Shown piece after piece: positions 19,216 through 29,143 of a stretch of 64,000 nucleotides of DNA (position 1 is its first letter; the number at the start of each line of letters is the position of its first letter). The notes beneath the pieces were generated by a model, which was not told the DNA's origin, searched no databases, and saw only the letters and a program-made list of their open reading frames with translations. The DNA is taken from IMG/VR virus record IMGVR_UViG_3300010354_005141, positions 1,143 to 65,142 of that record, one strand, 5' to 3'. A program made the translations under genes and the position numbers. Origin of the DNA: a virus (taxonomy: Duplodnaviria > Caudoviricetes).

Positions 19216-19296
19216 TTACTTCTTTTTCCTCCTAGAGTCACGAGCCCTAGAAGCTGCCTTAACTTTTGCACCTCGTTTACGAACAAGGCGTCCCAT
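19216..19296 (-). CDS. 26-aa highly basic peptide
   Basis: MGRLVRKRGAKVKAASRARDSRRKKK; TAATG coupling upstream; stop abuts the iscU ATG. Confidence 0.55.
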   Translation of the reverse strand: MGRLVRKRGAKVKAASRARDSRRKKK

Positions 19297-19403
19297 TATT
19301 TTTTCTTCCTTGTACTAGCACGTTTAGCCATAGCATTTACTGTTTTTGGCTTAGGTGGTTTTTTACCTTTAAGAATTTGACTCACTCTTCTAGGACTAGG
19401 CAT
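19296..19403 (-). CDS. 35-aa highly basic peptide
   Basis: MPSPRRVSQILKGKKPPKPKTVNAMAKRASTRKKK; AAGGAA RBS; TAAATA at 19428-19433. Confidence 0.6.
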   Translation of the reverse strand: MPSPRRVSQILKGKKPPKPKTVNAMAKRASTRKKK

Positions 19404-19440
19404 GATAGTTTTCCTTGGTTATATGGATATTTATCTAAGA

Positions 19441-19635
19441 TTATTTTGATTCTTTACGAGCATTTTTAACTGCCGTAACATCGTTTCTAACGTCTTTGCA
19501 GAGTTTAGCAAGTTCTTGTAAGTGTTTACGAACTCTAGTTCCGGCGGCGCCAACTTCTTTATCGTAAAACTTTTCAAAGTCGCCTTCCATTGCCTCTACA
19601 ATTGCTGTAAATTCTGAATATCTGTTTTGTGCCAT
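19441..19635 (-). CDS. Histone H1-like Hc1-family protein
   Basis: DFEKFYDKEVGAAGTRVRKHLQELAKLCKDVR; AAGGAG RBS. Confidence 0.7.
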   Translation of the reverse strand: MAQNRYSEFTAIVEAMEGDFEKFYDKEVGAAGTRVRKHLQELAKLCKDVRNDVTAVKNARKESK

Positions 19636-19698
19636 AATAATTCTCCTTGTCTAATAATTATGTAGACTTAGATAGTGTAGTTGTATTCGTGATATATG

Positions 19699-20001
19699 TC
19701 AAGAACCATTGGCGAAAACAGTTGGGGATCCATTTGTTATAGAACCCCCGTCGGTGCTGTCTCCTACACGAGCAATTGATTTATTATTCACATATACATT
19801 GCCAGAACCTACATTTATAACTGCTGCATGTGGAATACAGTTATTACCAGAGTTAATAGTATGAGATGATGTAGGATCACCTTTTCTTTCAACACCAATA
19901 TTATTGGCAAAAACATTAGCAGACGGTCCAGTCACGGTCGTTGTTGTATCACAACCGTGACCTGTAGTTGTAGGATCGCCGTCTCTAGCTACTTTAGGCA
20001 T
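19699..20001 (-). CDS. PAAR-domain tail spike tip protein
   Basis: VARDGD..TGHGC, VERKGD, GSGNVYVNNKSIARVGD, GSPTVFA. Confidence 0.9.
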   Translation of the reverse strand: MPKVARDGDPTTTGHGCDTTTTVTGPSANVFANNIGVERKGDPTSSHTINSGNNCIPHAAVINVGSGNVYVNNKSIARVGDSTDGGSITNGSPTVFANGS

Positions 20002-20291
20002 TATACTAGTTTGATTCCTGTTGTTTGTTCAACAAACTGATCGGCAAATTGTTTATCAGTAGCTTCAGCAACAGTTACAGTTCCTTTGGCAATTTTAATA
20101 TCTTTGTCAGGATGTACTGTAAACAGATAAGGCATAAGACCAGGACCTTTTGGACCCATTCCTATGACCATAGGACGACTTAATTTATAATAAACAGGAC
20201 CGTCTTCTACTAGTTTTGCAACAATTTCTTCACCGCTTGTAAGTTTTAGTGTAATAACTTCGCCTTCTGTTACGCCTTTATCAATTAACAT
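20001..20291 (-). CDS. Small beta-rich (Sm-like) hypothetical protein
   Basis: VITLKLTSGEEIVAKL...EQTTGI. Confidence 0.6.
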   Translation of the reverse strand: MLIDKGVTEGEVITLKLTSGEEIVAKLVEDGPVYYKLSRPMVIGMGPKGPGLMPYLFTVHPDKDIKIAKGTVTVAEATDKQFADQFVEQTTGIKLV

Positions 20292-20300
20292 ATTATTCCT

Positions 20301-20552
20301 TTAAAATGTACTTTGTGGTTCCATTGATTCCATGATATACTTTTGCAATTCTGTATAACCGCCGATCAATTTACCATCAATAAAAATTTGAGGTACTGTT
20401 CGAGCGGTTGGTACAGCTTCTAATAATTCTTCTTTAGTATATCCGTCGCCAATTTTACGTTCTTCGAACTCAATCCCTTTAGATTTTAATAATGCTTTTG
20501 CTAGATCGCAATAAGGGCAATGATATTTACTCCATATAACAGCTTTGTTCAT
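20301..20552 (-). CDS. grx: Glutaredoxin
   Basis: CPYC, RTVPQIFID, IGGY. Confidence 0.93.
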   Translation of the reverse strand: MNKAVIWSKYHCPYCDLAKALLKSKGIEFEERKIGDGYTKEELLEAVPTARTVPQIFIDGKLIGGYTELQKYIMESMEPQSTF

Positions 20553-20563
20553 TATTTTTCCTT

Positions 20564-21664
20564 TCAAATTGCTGGTAATTTATCATAGTCAATGGCGTCA
20601 CTCATAACACCAATAACATAGTTAGTTGATTCGTTTTCTTGTAGTGCAGTTTGTTTCTTACTAGTATCACTATGTTTGTTAAACCAAGGAATTGGTGTAC
20701 TCTTTGGAGCAGGATTCCAATATTTGATATTGATGTCTTTTAATGCACCAACTGCTGTGTAATCAACAAAATCTTTTAGGATGTTAGCATTAAGGCCAAT
20801 AACAGGGCCCTTCTTAAACAGATAATCGGCCCAAGCTTTTTCTTCAGCAATAACATCACGATAAATTTGTAAAACTTCTTCTTGGCATTCGTGTGCTACT
20901 TTAGCGAAACGAGGATCTTCCTTGACAACTTGATTGATCATCCAAGCAGTCCAACCTTTATGTAGAAGCTCATCTTGTAAGATAAGGCTGATGATGTTGC
21001 CGTTACCAATAAAGATTTTGTTTTCTACCATTGCTAGGCTTGTAGCAAAGCTAACCATAAAGCGGAATGCTTCTAAAGCATAGCTTGCATGTAGTGCTAG
21101 ATAAATTGCCTTAATGTGATCTTCTTCTGCAACATATCCATCTAGTTCTTTGGCGCAATTAATTTGATGTAACTTTTCATAATAGTTACCAACACTAGAT
21201 GCCATATTTACAATTTCTTCAGTATCATGGATAGTGTTGAATACTTCTTTAGGCACGTTGTAGATGTTACGAATGATGTGACTATAACTGCGGCTATGAA
21301 TATTAGTTTCAAAGAATGTCCAATTATAGACAAGACTTTCTAGTTCTGGAAGACTTACTACTGGAGTAAAGATTTGACTTGGGCCACGTCCTTGAAGACT
21401 GTCCAAAGCAGTCTGACGTAACAGGTTACTAGTAAAGATATGCTTGACTGCATCCGATGCATCCTTAAAATCATTTGCATCTTTGGCAAGACTAATTTCT
21501 TCTGGTACCCAAAAGAAACCACGTGCTGTTTTTTCGAAGTCTGCGATCTTATTGTATTTGACTTCTTCAAATCTCTGTATGGTTACTGGACCTGCTGGAT
21601 CGAGGAACATCTTACGATTTGTGTAGTCTGTCTTTGTGTTTAAATTATACTGTTGCTTGCTCAT
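20564..21664 (-). CDS. nrdB: Ribonucleotide reductase class Ia beta subunit
   Basis: FFWVPEEISL, QTALDSLQGR, ETNIHSRSY, DELLH. Confidence 0.96.
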   Translation of the reverse strand: MSKQQYNLNTKTDYTNRKMFLDPAGPVTIQRFEEVKYNKIADFEKTARGFFWVPEEISLAKDANDFKDASDAVKHIFTSNLLRQTALDSLQGRGPSQIFTPVVSLPELESLVYNWTFFETNIHSRSYSHIIRNIYNVPKEVFNTIHDTEEIVNMASSVGNYYEKLHQINCAKELDGYVAEEDHIKAIYLALHASYALEAFRFMVSFATSLAMVENKIFIGNGNIISLILQDELLHKGWTAWMINQVVKEDPRFAKVAHECQEEVLQIYRDVIAEEKAWADYLFKKGPVIGLNANILKDFVDYTAVGALKDINIKYWNPAPKSTPIPWFNKHSDTSKKQTALQENESTNYVIGVMSDAIDYDKLPAI

Positions 21665-21864
21665 TTTGTATTACCTGAATAATGGATTACTAATCCGCCT
21701 TCGTTGTCTATAAAAACTTCTTCAATATCGGACTGTTGAAGAGCATTGTATATCATTTCTTCTGCTTCATTATCTATCAAGATTTTTTCTTTAACTCCGT
21801 ACGATTCTAATATTTGATAAATTCGCTTTCTTCTGTTTGTTTCAATGTGTACTATTTCGCTCAT
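21661..21864 (-). CDS. Small hypothetical protein between nrdA and nrdB
   Basis: Overlaps both neighbours by 4 nt. Confidence 0.55.
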   Translation of the reverse strand: MSEIVHIETNRRKRIYQILESYGVKEKILIDNEAEEMIYNALQQSDIEEVFIDNEGGLVIHYSGNTK

Positions 21865-24212
21865 AGCTTGCAGGCCTCGCAATCGTCATCGGTCAACTCT
21901 ACATGTACCTCATGACCGTTTAATCCGGCAACATGGAAACCGTTTACTTCAGCAGGTACTTCGTTAGATATCTTTGCACCTTGTTTATTAATAAGACTGT
22001 AATAAAACGTTTTGATACCCCAGATATGTGCTTGCATTAAATTTTTAGCAATTAATGTAGTTGGCACTTTTCTTTCAGCAAAATGTGCAGGGTTATAAAA
22101 AGTGTTAGTACTAATAGATTGATCAACATAGGCAGCTAATACTGCTGCTGTTTTTATATAGCCAACACAATCTTGCTGTTCCCACATTAATTGATATTTA
22201 GATTTTAACTTATTATATTCGGGAACAACCTGTGTGAAGCTTCCTGCTTTGCTTTCTTTTGTTGATATGAGAGACATAGGCATTTCAATGCCATTAGTAC
22301 TATTAATGACCACAGAACTAGATTCAACAGGAGCAATGGCCATAAGCGTTGCATTTCTAACACCATGTTGTTTCATCTCCTTACGTAACGTTTCCCAATC
22401 AAGTTCGGGAGAAAACTCAGTTAATTCATTTACTCCCTGGGCACGTCTTTCCCACGGGAATACTCCACGTCCATACCAAGTTTTATCAGAGTCTTTACAC
22501 TTTCCTCTTTCCTTGGCCAGTTCAACTGTGGCTTCGGTGAGGTAAAATGCCTGATGTTCCATCCAGCTCTTAACTTCTCCAAGAGCGTCTTTCTCTCCAT
22601 ACTTTAATCCTCTTTTAGCATGCCAATAGGCTAGATTAGTTACACCAATTCCTAAAGGTTGTATTTCATCATTTGATAGTTTACTTTGAATGCTTAAGAA
22701 ATCTTGGTAATCAAGTATATTACAGAGACTACGCTGTAATATCCTACAAGCACGGCGCATATCCTCTGGGTTCCTGAAAGCTCCCCAATTGATACTCCCA
22801 AGAGTACACAAAGCGATCCTGCCATCAGCATCATCGAGGCGCTTAAAAGGTTTAGTAGGTAAAAGTATTTCACAGCATAAGTTTGACTGATAGATAGTAT
22901 GATAATCGGTATCAAATGGCCCTTGATTAATTACATTATCAATAAACACCAAATAGATACGACCTGTATCAGTTCGCTCCTTTAATATGCCGCTTTTAAA
23001 TACTTCTTCGGCACTCATAGTTTTTTTGCGTAAATCTTTACGCTTTTCATATTTTACATATAGTTCTTCAAACAAACTACTGTTTTTGTAAAAAGCTTCA
23101 TACAAATCTGGCACTTCGTTTGGATCAAAAAATGTTATATTTTCTTTGTTTCGGAATCGTCTCCAGAAGAAACTCGACAACACAACCCCATAATCCATAT
23201 GACGGACTCGGGTTTCTTCTGTTCCTTGATTGTTTTTAAGTACAATAAGATCATCAAACTGATGATGCCAAATAGGGTAAAATACTGTAGCACTTGCATT
23301 ACGAATGCCTCCTTGTGAGCAACTACGTAAATCTCCAAACCACTTCTTTAGAAAAGGAATCATACCAGTATGCATGATTTCGCCACCGCGAATTGGGGAG
23401 CCCAGTGGGCGTAGTCGACCGATCTCCAATCCGATCCCCGCACGTTTACTGGCATACTTGGCCATCATCTCGCCCGAAGCAAAGATACTGTCGAGATCAT
23501 CATCACTGCGAATGAGAACGCAGGATGAAAATTGCTTTGTAGGAGTACCCAACCCTGCAAGCACAGGAGTAGCGAGAGTAAACAATCCGTCAGAAGCTGC
23601 ATTATAATATTCCTTTATGTAGCGCATACGAGCTGAATTAGGCTCTTCTTTATGAAACACTGTTGCCGCAGCGATTACATAACGTACCTGTGGTGTTTCG
23701 TAAATTTCTTTAGTAGCGCGATTACGAACTAGATATTTTTCAATTAACTGTTCAATGGCTGCATACGAGTACAATTCGTCTTTTTCGTGATCTATGATCT
23801 CGTCCATCTTGTTCCAGTCATCTTCTGAATACCAAGTAAGTAGTTCTGGAGTATACAATCCTACTTCAATATTTCGTTTTACGATTTCATATAGGCGAGG
23901 AGGATCATAACTGCCATAAACATCTTTACGCAACATGCTCAATCGTTGCTTTCCAGCTACATGTTGATAATTTACATGTCCTACATCTGGATTTTGTTCA
24001 ACATCAATTAGATCAACAATCGCTCTAAGTGTAATTTCATCAATTTCTCTAGTAGTAATGCCATCATAAAAATGAGGCTGGCTTTTGATTTCAATCATTG
24101 ATTGACTAACATCAGCAATACCGCTACAGACTTTAGCTATCTGTGTTTGCCACTTTTCAATTGTCAGTGGCTCTCTGTTTCCATTTCTTTTTATTACAGT
24201 TATTTTGTTCAT
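21861..24212 (-). CDS. nrdA: Ribonucleotide reductase class Ia alpha subunit with ATP cone
   Basis: VIKRNG, QFSSCVL, SQGGIR, SNLCCEI, C-terminal CEACKL; no intein seen. Confidence 0.97.
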   Translation of the reverse strand: MNKITVIKRNGNREPLTIEKWQTQIAKVCSGIADVSQSMIEIKSQPHFYDGITTREIDEITLRAIVDLIDVEQNPDVGHVNYQHVAGKQRLSMLRKDVYGSYDPPRLYEIVKRNIEVGLYTPELLTWYSEDDWNKMDEIIDHEKDELYSYAAIEQLIEKYLVRNRATKEIYETPQVRYVIAAATVFHKEEPNSARMRYIKEYYNAASDGLFTLATPVLAGLGTPTKQFSSCVLIRSDDDLDSIFASGEMMAKYASKRAGIGLEIGRLRPLGSPIRGGEIMHTGMIPFLKKWFGDLRSCSQGGIRNASATVFYPIWHHQFDDLIVLKNNQGTEETRVRHMDYGVVLSSFFWRRFRNKENITFFDPNEVPDLYEAFYKNSSLFEELYVKYEKRKDLRKKTMSAEEVFKSGILKERTDTGRIYLVFIDNVINQGPFDTDYHTIYQSNLCCEILLPTKPFKRLDDADGRIALCTLGSINWGAFRNPEDMRRACRILQRSLCNILDYQDFLSIQSKLSNDEIQPLGIGVTNLAYWHAKRGLKYGEKDALGEVKSWMEHQAFYLTEATVELAKERGKCKDSDKTWYGRGVFPWERRAQGVNELTEFSPELDWETLRKEMKQHGVRNATLMAIAPVESSSVVINSTNGIEMPMSLISTKESKAGSFTQVVPEYNKLKSKYQLMWEQQDCVGYIKTAAVLAAYVDQSISTNTFYNPAHFAERKVPTTLIAKNLMQAHIWGIKTFYYSLINKQGAKISNEVPAEVNGFHVAGLNGHEVHVELTDDDCEACKL

Positions 24213-24402
24213 TTTTATTCTTAAGTTAAGGAAGTAATTTGAAAGTATTTATTGCTCATTACAACCTTAAGTGATCTTATTTGTAATAAGGAAAATACCG
24301 TCAAATCATTAAGATTAAACGGTATTTTGTTATCTGTTAATTCTTATCTCAATTAAGAATTAAATTATACACGTAGTTTTTATTATAGTCTAGGGCTTTG
24401 GT

Positions 24403-26355
24403 TTAGAAGACTGCGGTGTAGGTGTAATAAAAAGTTCCAGAATCACTAGCTAACGAATTGGTGTAGAAGACTCCAATCGAGCCCGGCACTTGGCCACCGG
24501 CACCTGTGTAAAGTGTTCCGGTAGTTGTTCGTAACTTTCCAGTAAATGTTATTGCTGTTGAAGTTGTAGTAGTTCCTGTAATTACACTGTCTGTACCGGC
24601 AAACACATAATCGTCAGCAGTTTGAATGCCAACCGGTAAAAGTCCTGGAGAATTAAGTATCGATGTGATATCAGCAGTAATGGTTATCTTACCTGATCTT
24701 GTAAAACTATACTGTGTACTTCGGTACATATATTCAATTTCATAAGATATACTGTTAATCGGTGTGCCAAACGCTGTTGTAGGAACTGGCAGAATAAAAG
24801 CTAGTCCGTCGTTGGCACTGGCTAGCATAACTAATTTAGTTCCATAAAGCTTGTATGTTCCTCTACCAGTTACTTCAGGAAGGTAAGGAACGTTAACAGC
24901 ACCACCAGTAGCACTAGATAAAACATCAGTTCTATCTGAAATAATGTTCATTGCTTGGTTAGTAGGGTTGTCAAAATAAATTTGTGGATATACTGGATTA
25001 GCTGGTCCGGCGCCATCATTGCCTACATTAGTTAACTTACAATCTACAATGGTATTTCCAGTTCCTTTTGAAACTAGCAAAGCATGACGTTTGATATTAG
25101 AAAATTTGAATCCAGAAATAAATGTTTCTCTAGATCCTAGATCTTCTCCAGGTACACCTGCTGCATCTTTTCCTAGAGCGAACCCGTAGATAGCATTTGA
25201 TATTTGACCGTCAATAAAACTGTTGTTTAGTATATCACGCTTTGAATAAGCACCGTATGTAAATTGATCAACATTTACATTTTTAAATAAATTTCTTTCT
25301 GAATAATATGTGCTAAAAGAATTTATTTCTAATCCTCTACTAGATTCATTTAGAGTGTTTGCCCATTCACCTTTAACTAAAATGTTTTCAAATACGCTGT
25401 CTCTGACAGCATCTAACACCATGCCTACTTGATCTGCTGTATTTGTGTAAACTGTAAGATCACTTAAATCTATAAAACGAGGTTGATTAGTTGCAGTTGT
25501 GTTAATTGATCCGCTGCCTGATAACAAATACGCTGACGGAGCATTATAAGTAGATGTATCATTGACAAACCTTACAGCAGGACCTGCACAGACAAAACTA
25601 ATATTAGATTGTGTTGAAGTAGCTGGAAGACTCAACGTGACACTTGTTCCCGGAACAATACTAACTATTTTTGTATTAGCTTGAATGCCAGCACCAGTAA
25701 TAGTGTTACCAACTAGCCCTACAAATGCTGCTGTTGTTGTGAGTACAGTGCTTGTATTAGTAGTCGAACCTGTTATTGTTTTAGGACTATATGAAATAAT
25801 TGTTTTATTGCGGCCAGCACCTTTAATTGTAGCATAACTAGGAATAAAAATAGTTCCAGTAGTAGGATATATCCCAGCAGTAGCTAATAACGCTATTCGT
25901 TTAGCTGCACCAGCAGCAGAATCTAAGCTAGCTTTACCATTACTGTTTAAAAATAGTTGATTGACAGCACGTTGTATCGCAACAGTATAATCATTGTTAG
26001 CTATATCAGTTGCCGTAATAAATCCGTTCAATGTAACAATATCATCTAATCTTTCTTGTATGGGTCTAGAAACAGGATTAGATGAACTAGGTCCAGTTAT
26101 TATTGTAGAATCATTGACCTTATAAATGTACTTTAACTGCTGTAGTAGATTTCCTGTTGCAGACAAGTCGTTTTGTGTAAGGATTTTAGTATTACCTACA
26201 GCAGGAGCGCCTTCACTAACACTACCGTTACCAATATACAACTCTTGACTATCAACTGCCCAACCTAGCTCGCCTGAAGCTAGTTGTGGAAATCCTGTTC
26301 CAGTATTTGCTTTACCGCGACGATGCTGAATTCGTGAAATTTGCACAACTGCCAT
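24403..26355 (-). CDS. Tail fibre/baseplate-associated protein with beta-helix-like region
   Basis: N-terminal IQHRRG...PQLASGELGWAVDSQELYIGNG module; DYTVAIQRAV and IPSYATIKGAG pectin-lyase-like entry. Confidence 0.65.
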   Translation of the reverse strand: MAVVQISRIQHRRGKANTGTGFPQLASGELGWAVDSQELYIGNGSVSEGAPAVGNTKILTQNDLSATGNLLQQLKYIYKVNDSTIITGPSSSNPVSRPIQERLDDIVTLNGFITATDIANNDYTVAIQRAVNQLFLNSNGKASLDSAAGAAKRIALLATAGIYPTTGTIFIPSYATIKGAGRNKTIISYSPKTITGSTTNTSTVLTTTAAFVGLVGNTITGAGIQANTKIVSIVPGTSVTLSLPATSTQSNISFVCAGPAVRFVNDTSTYNAPSAYLLSGSGSINTTATNQPRFIDLSDLTVYTNTADQVGMVLDAVRDSVFENILVKGEWANTLNESSRGLEINSFSTYYSERNLFKNVNVDQFTYGAYSKRDILNNSFIDGQISNAIYGFALGKDAAGVPGEDLGSRETFISGFKFSNIKRHALLVSKGTGNTIVDCKLTNVGNDGAGPANPVYPQIYFDNPTNQAMNIISDRTDVLSSATGGAVNVPYLPEVTGRGTYKLYGTKLVMLASANDGLAFILPVPTTAFGTPINSISYEIEYMYRSTQYSFTRSGKITITADITSILNSPGLLPVGIQTADDYVFAGTDSVITGTTTTSTAITFTGKLRTTTGTLYTGAGGQVPGSIGVFYTNSLASDSGTFYYTYTAVF

Positions 26356-26382
26356 AATAATATCCTTTATATAGGATATTTA

Positions 26383-27102
26383 TCAGTTATTTCGGTAGTA
26401 TTCCTCTACCCTATCCCACCAACGCCGTTCCCAATAATCAAAATCTTTAGGCTCTAAAATAAATTCTTGGTACTTAGGTTCTTCAGTCATAATTAACTGC
26501 TCGTTTAATTTAGGACTAACACACATTAAAACAACACCTTTACGTATATTAGTACCGTGTACTTCATTATGTGCTAGAGCATATGCAGTTAATTGTAAGT
26601 AGTAATCTTCAATCCACTCTTGTTTTTTAGGTTTGTTAGTTTGTTTATAATCAAGAATACTTTCGTCGCCTAAGTGAATTCCGCACCCATCAGTAGTTCC
26701 CGCATATAGACCTGGGAAGTATAAAGGAACTTCTACTCCCCAAACTTCGTTAACATTCTTTAATCCTTCTTGTATTACATGTCTAGCCATTGCGTGACTT
26801 TGTTTACTATAAGGATTTGAACCAGGTTCATTTAATGTACCGTTGGTTATATAATCTTCTAGAAACTTGTGCATTCTAGTTCCGCGGCCGGCAGCTTCAG
26901 TTACGATAGCTTGCGCTTTGTCTTCGCCTACTCGTTTCTTCCAAGCTAGTAGTGCTTCGATTTTTTCTTTAGGCTTTGTTTTATCAAGTATTGTTGTTAC
27001 AGAAGGAACTTTAGATCCGTCAGGAGTAGCGTAAAGTCTTTTACCCTCTACGCTTTCTCTGTTGATTGGTGTATAGTTATATTTTTGAGTTAAGAGGGTC
27101 AT
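26383..27102 (-). CDS. PD-(D/E)XK exonuclease
   Basis: PSVTTIL, RGTRMHKFLE, EVPLY..YAGTTD, ILDYKQT, QLTAYA. Confidence 0.88.
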   Translation of the reverse strand: MTLLTQKYNYTPINRESVEGKRLYATPDGSKVPSVTTILDKTKPKEKIEALLAWKKRVGEDKAQAIVTEAAGRGTRMHKFLEDYITNGTLNEPGSNPYSKQSHAMARHVIQEGLKNVNEVWGVEVPLYFPGLYAGTTDGCGIHLGDESILDYKQTNKPKKQEWIEDYYLQLTAYALAHNEVHGTNIRKGVVLMCVSPKLNEQLIMTEEPKYQEFILEPKDFDYWERRWWDRVEEYYRNN

Positions 27103-27108
27103 AGGACA

Positions 27109-27137
27109 AGTATATAGCTACTTGTTCTAAATGTCAA
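27109..27137 (-). promoter_or_regulatory. sigma70-like promoter, probably producing a leaderless mRNA
   Basis: TTGACA-17 nt-TATACT, then 6 nt to the ATG with no SD. Confidence 0.65.
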
Positions 27138-27439
27138 TCGAATTTACGGTTTTTACGAGCAGCACGTTTTGCCATTCTAGAGATTTCTTTTTCTCTGTTG
27201 GGCCCTTTGGGAAGTTCTTCTCCGTTGCCTGTTTTGATAACTAATCCGTTGCCATCAAATCTATCAACAAACTGCTTTAATAATGGTCCTTCATTAGGAT
27301 CATCCCAACGAGCTGCGAATCTTTCATAGTCAATGTCAGGAGCATCCATTCCCGCATTAGTTGCATTAATGGCTTTCCATGTCATTGGAGCAGATGTTCC
27401 CTGCCTGCGGGCAGAACTTTGTAGAGCCCTTAATGTCAT
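27134..27439 (-). CDS. Hypothetical; probably the -1 frameshift extension of 27463..28437
   Basis: ATG sits in a hairpin loop with no SD; frame is open from 27478. Confidence 0.55.
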   Translation of the reverse strand: MTLRALQSSARRQGTSAPMTWKAINATNAGMDAPDIDYERFAARWDDPNEGPLLKQFVDRFDGNGLVIKTGNGEELPKGPNREKEISRMAKRAARKNRKFD

Positions 27440-27462
27440 TATTAAGGGATCTAGGCCTTCAA

Positions 27463-28437
27463 TTACTTTTTTTTTGAATTAAGAAGCATCGATAGTCTAC
27501 GACTGTAGTCGACGCTTTCACGTTTTTCTCTGCCTGGTTCAACAGCTGGAGGACCTTCGCTTGGTAATGCGCCACCCATTTCTGCACCGGCCGCGCTCAA
27601 TTCGGCTCCTAGGCCACCGGCTTCAGGAGCGCCTGCAGGTGCTCCCATCATAGGTGCTTCGCCGCCCGACACTGTTGCTAGTGCTGTTGACAATCCCTGA
27701 CGACTAGTTTCTAAGGCTGCGTATATTGCCTCAAGTGCAGGTTTTACTGCATCGGTATAAGTTTGTGCTGTAGCACTGCCCATTGTTTCTCTTATAGAGT
27801 CTTGTAATTCTAAAAGCTGTTCTGCTTTCATAGCAGCTACGTCTTCTAGCCAACCTGTAATACGATCGACCATATCTTTAGTTGCCATAATGATTTCAGC
27901 TTTATCTTCTTCGCCTTCTGCTAGATATACAATGTGATTAGCTACATCTTCATTCAAGTCATAACGTAATTGTAATTCTGCAGATAATTCTTCTTGGTCG
28001 CTTTCGCCTAAGTTAATTCTTTCTAAAGCGCTTTGAACCCATGCGTCTGGAACAGAGTGCTGCTTGGCTTTTCTTGCTAGAATTTCTGGATATAGTTTGC
28101 TTTCGTTTTTCATTTTATCATCATGGCCTTCGTCTTCATCATCACACTCACAAGGATCGCAATGACAATCTGGGCATTTGCCTTCTTCTCTTTCCATAAT
28201 TTCTTGATTGATCACATCAAGAAACATTCGAGTTTTTTGATATTCTTGATTTTCTAGCATAGAGTCAAAGCTCTCATTTACCTCAAATTGACTTATTTTT
28301 GTACGTAGTTTATTACGTGCATCTTCAAGTTGAACATCGGTAAATTGTTCTAGGTTAAGTTTGTAACCAAATTGTTGAGCTAGGCCTTCGTTAAGCTTCT
28401 GGCTGGTAATTGGTTTTGAAAATTCTCTGATTTGCAT
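27463..28437 (-). CDS. Acidic helical putative prohead core/scaffold-like protein
   Basis: Acidic and helical with several (L/I/V)xE sites; TAAATA upstream; ends SKKK on A9G. Confidence 0.5.
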   Translation of the reverse strand: MQIREFSKPITSQKLNEGLAQQFGYKLNLEQFTDVQLEDARNKLRTKISQFEVNESFDSMLENQEYQKTRMFLDVINQEIMEREEGKCPDCHCDPCECDDEDEGHDDKMKNESKLYPEILARKAKQHSVPDAWVQSALERINLGESDQEELSAELQLRYDLNEDVANHIVYLAEGEEDKAEIIMATKDMVDRITGWLEDVAAMKAEQLLELQDSIRETMGSATAQTYTDAVKPALEAIYAALETSRQGLSTALATVSGGEAPMMGAPAGAPEAGGLGAELSAAGAEMGGALPSEGPPAVEPGREKRESVDYSRRLSMLLNSKKK

Positions 28438-28467
28438 GGTTAATTCCTAAGCAGTATTATTTTATAT

Positions 28468-28908
28468 TTATACAAAAGACCAACTAAACATTCTTGATAT
28501 CTTGTCTTTGTAGTAGTCTCTTAGTGTAGTACTGCGTTCTAGTTTTGTTAGTAAAATAAGGTATCTGTCTATATCTTTAGCTTTTTTAATATTATGCTTA
28601 AAAATCATGCTATCGCTGTGATTAGCCCAATACTTTGTGTCTAATTGCTTTACTTCGTTAAATCTAACTATATTTACTTTATCATGTGCCTTAGCTGCCA
28701 TTAGAGCACAACTTTTTAAAAAAAACTGTCCTATGAATTGTTTTGAATCTTTTTCGTATACTGCCCAATTTTTGTTTTTTATTTCTTTAACAATGTAATT
28801 TTTATAAGCTACTGACCCGTTAGGCAAAACAGTTAGTTGAAGTTTGTTGTCAAACTCATTAGCTAATTGTGTTGCTATATCTTTAATTTTCTGTGATTTT
28901 GATTTCAT
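28468..28908 (-). CDS. Hypothetical protein
   Basis: In-operon ORF. Confidence 0.6.
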   Translation of the reverse strand: MKSKSQKIKDIATQLANEFDNKLQLTVLPNGSVAYKNYIVKEIKNKNWAVYEKDSKQFIGQFFLKSCALMAAKAHDKVNIVRFNEVKQLDTKYWANHSDSMIFKHNIKKAKDIDRYLILLTKLERSTTLRDYYKDKISRMFSWSFV

Positions 28909-29143
28909 TGGCCACTACCGTAGGATCTGTCATTCCTATCTTAGTTACCAAACTTTTGCGGATGAGGCCTTGAACTTTGAATTGATCTTGTTCGCTAAGG
29001 CTAGATAACTTAATAGGACTTTTCAATTTTTCTAATAGTGCTACTTCTTCATTAGACATCCATACCTGAAATTTTTCCAAAATATTATACTTTGTACTAT
29101 TAGGCACTTCTTCTTTTATATCTATAATTTCAGCTACTTTCAT
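28883..29143 (-). CDS. Hypothetical protein (putative head protein)
   Basis: N-terminus MKVAEIIDIKEE. Confidence 0.6.
   Translation of the reverse strand: MKVAEIIDIKEEVPNSTKYNILEKFQVWMSNEEVALLEKLKSPIKLSSLSEQDQFKVQGLIRKSLVTKIGMTDPTVVANEIKITEN

Noticed and set aside
21661-21864. Intron, intein or homing endonuclease in the nrdA-nrdB region
   Set aside because: Both subunits are continuous and of normal length; the spacer ORF has no nuclease motif.
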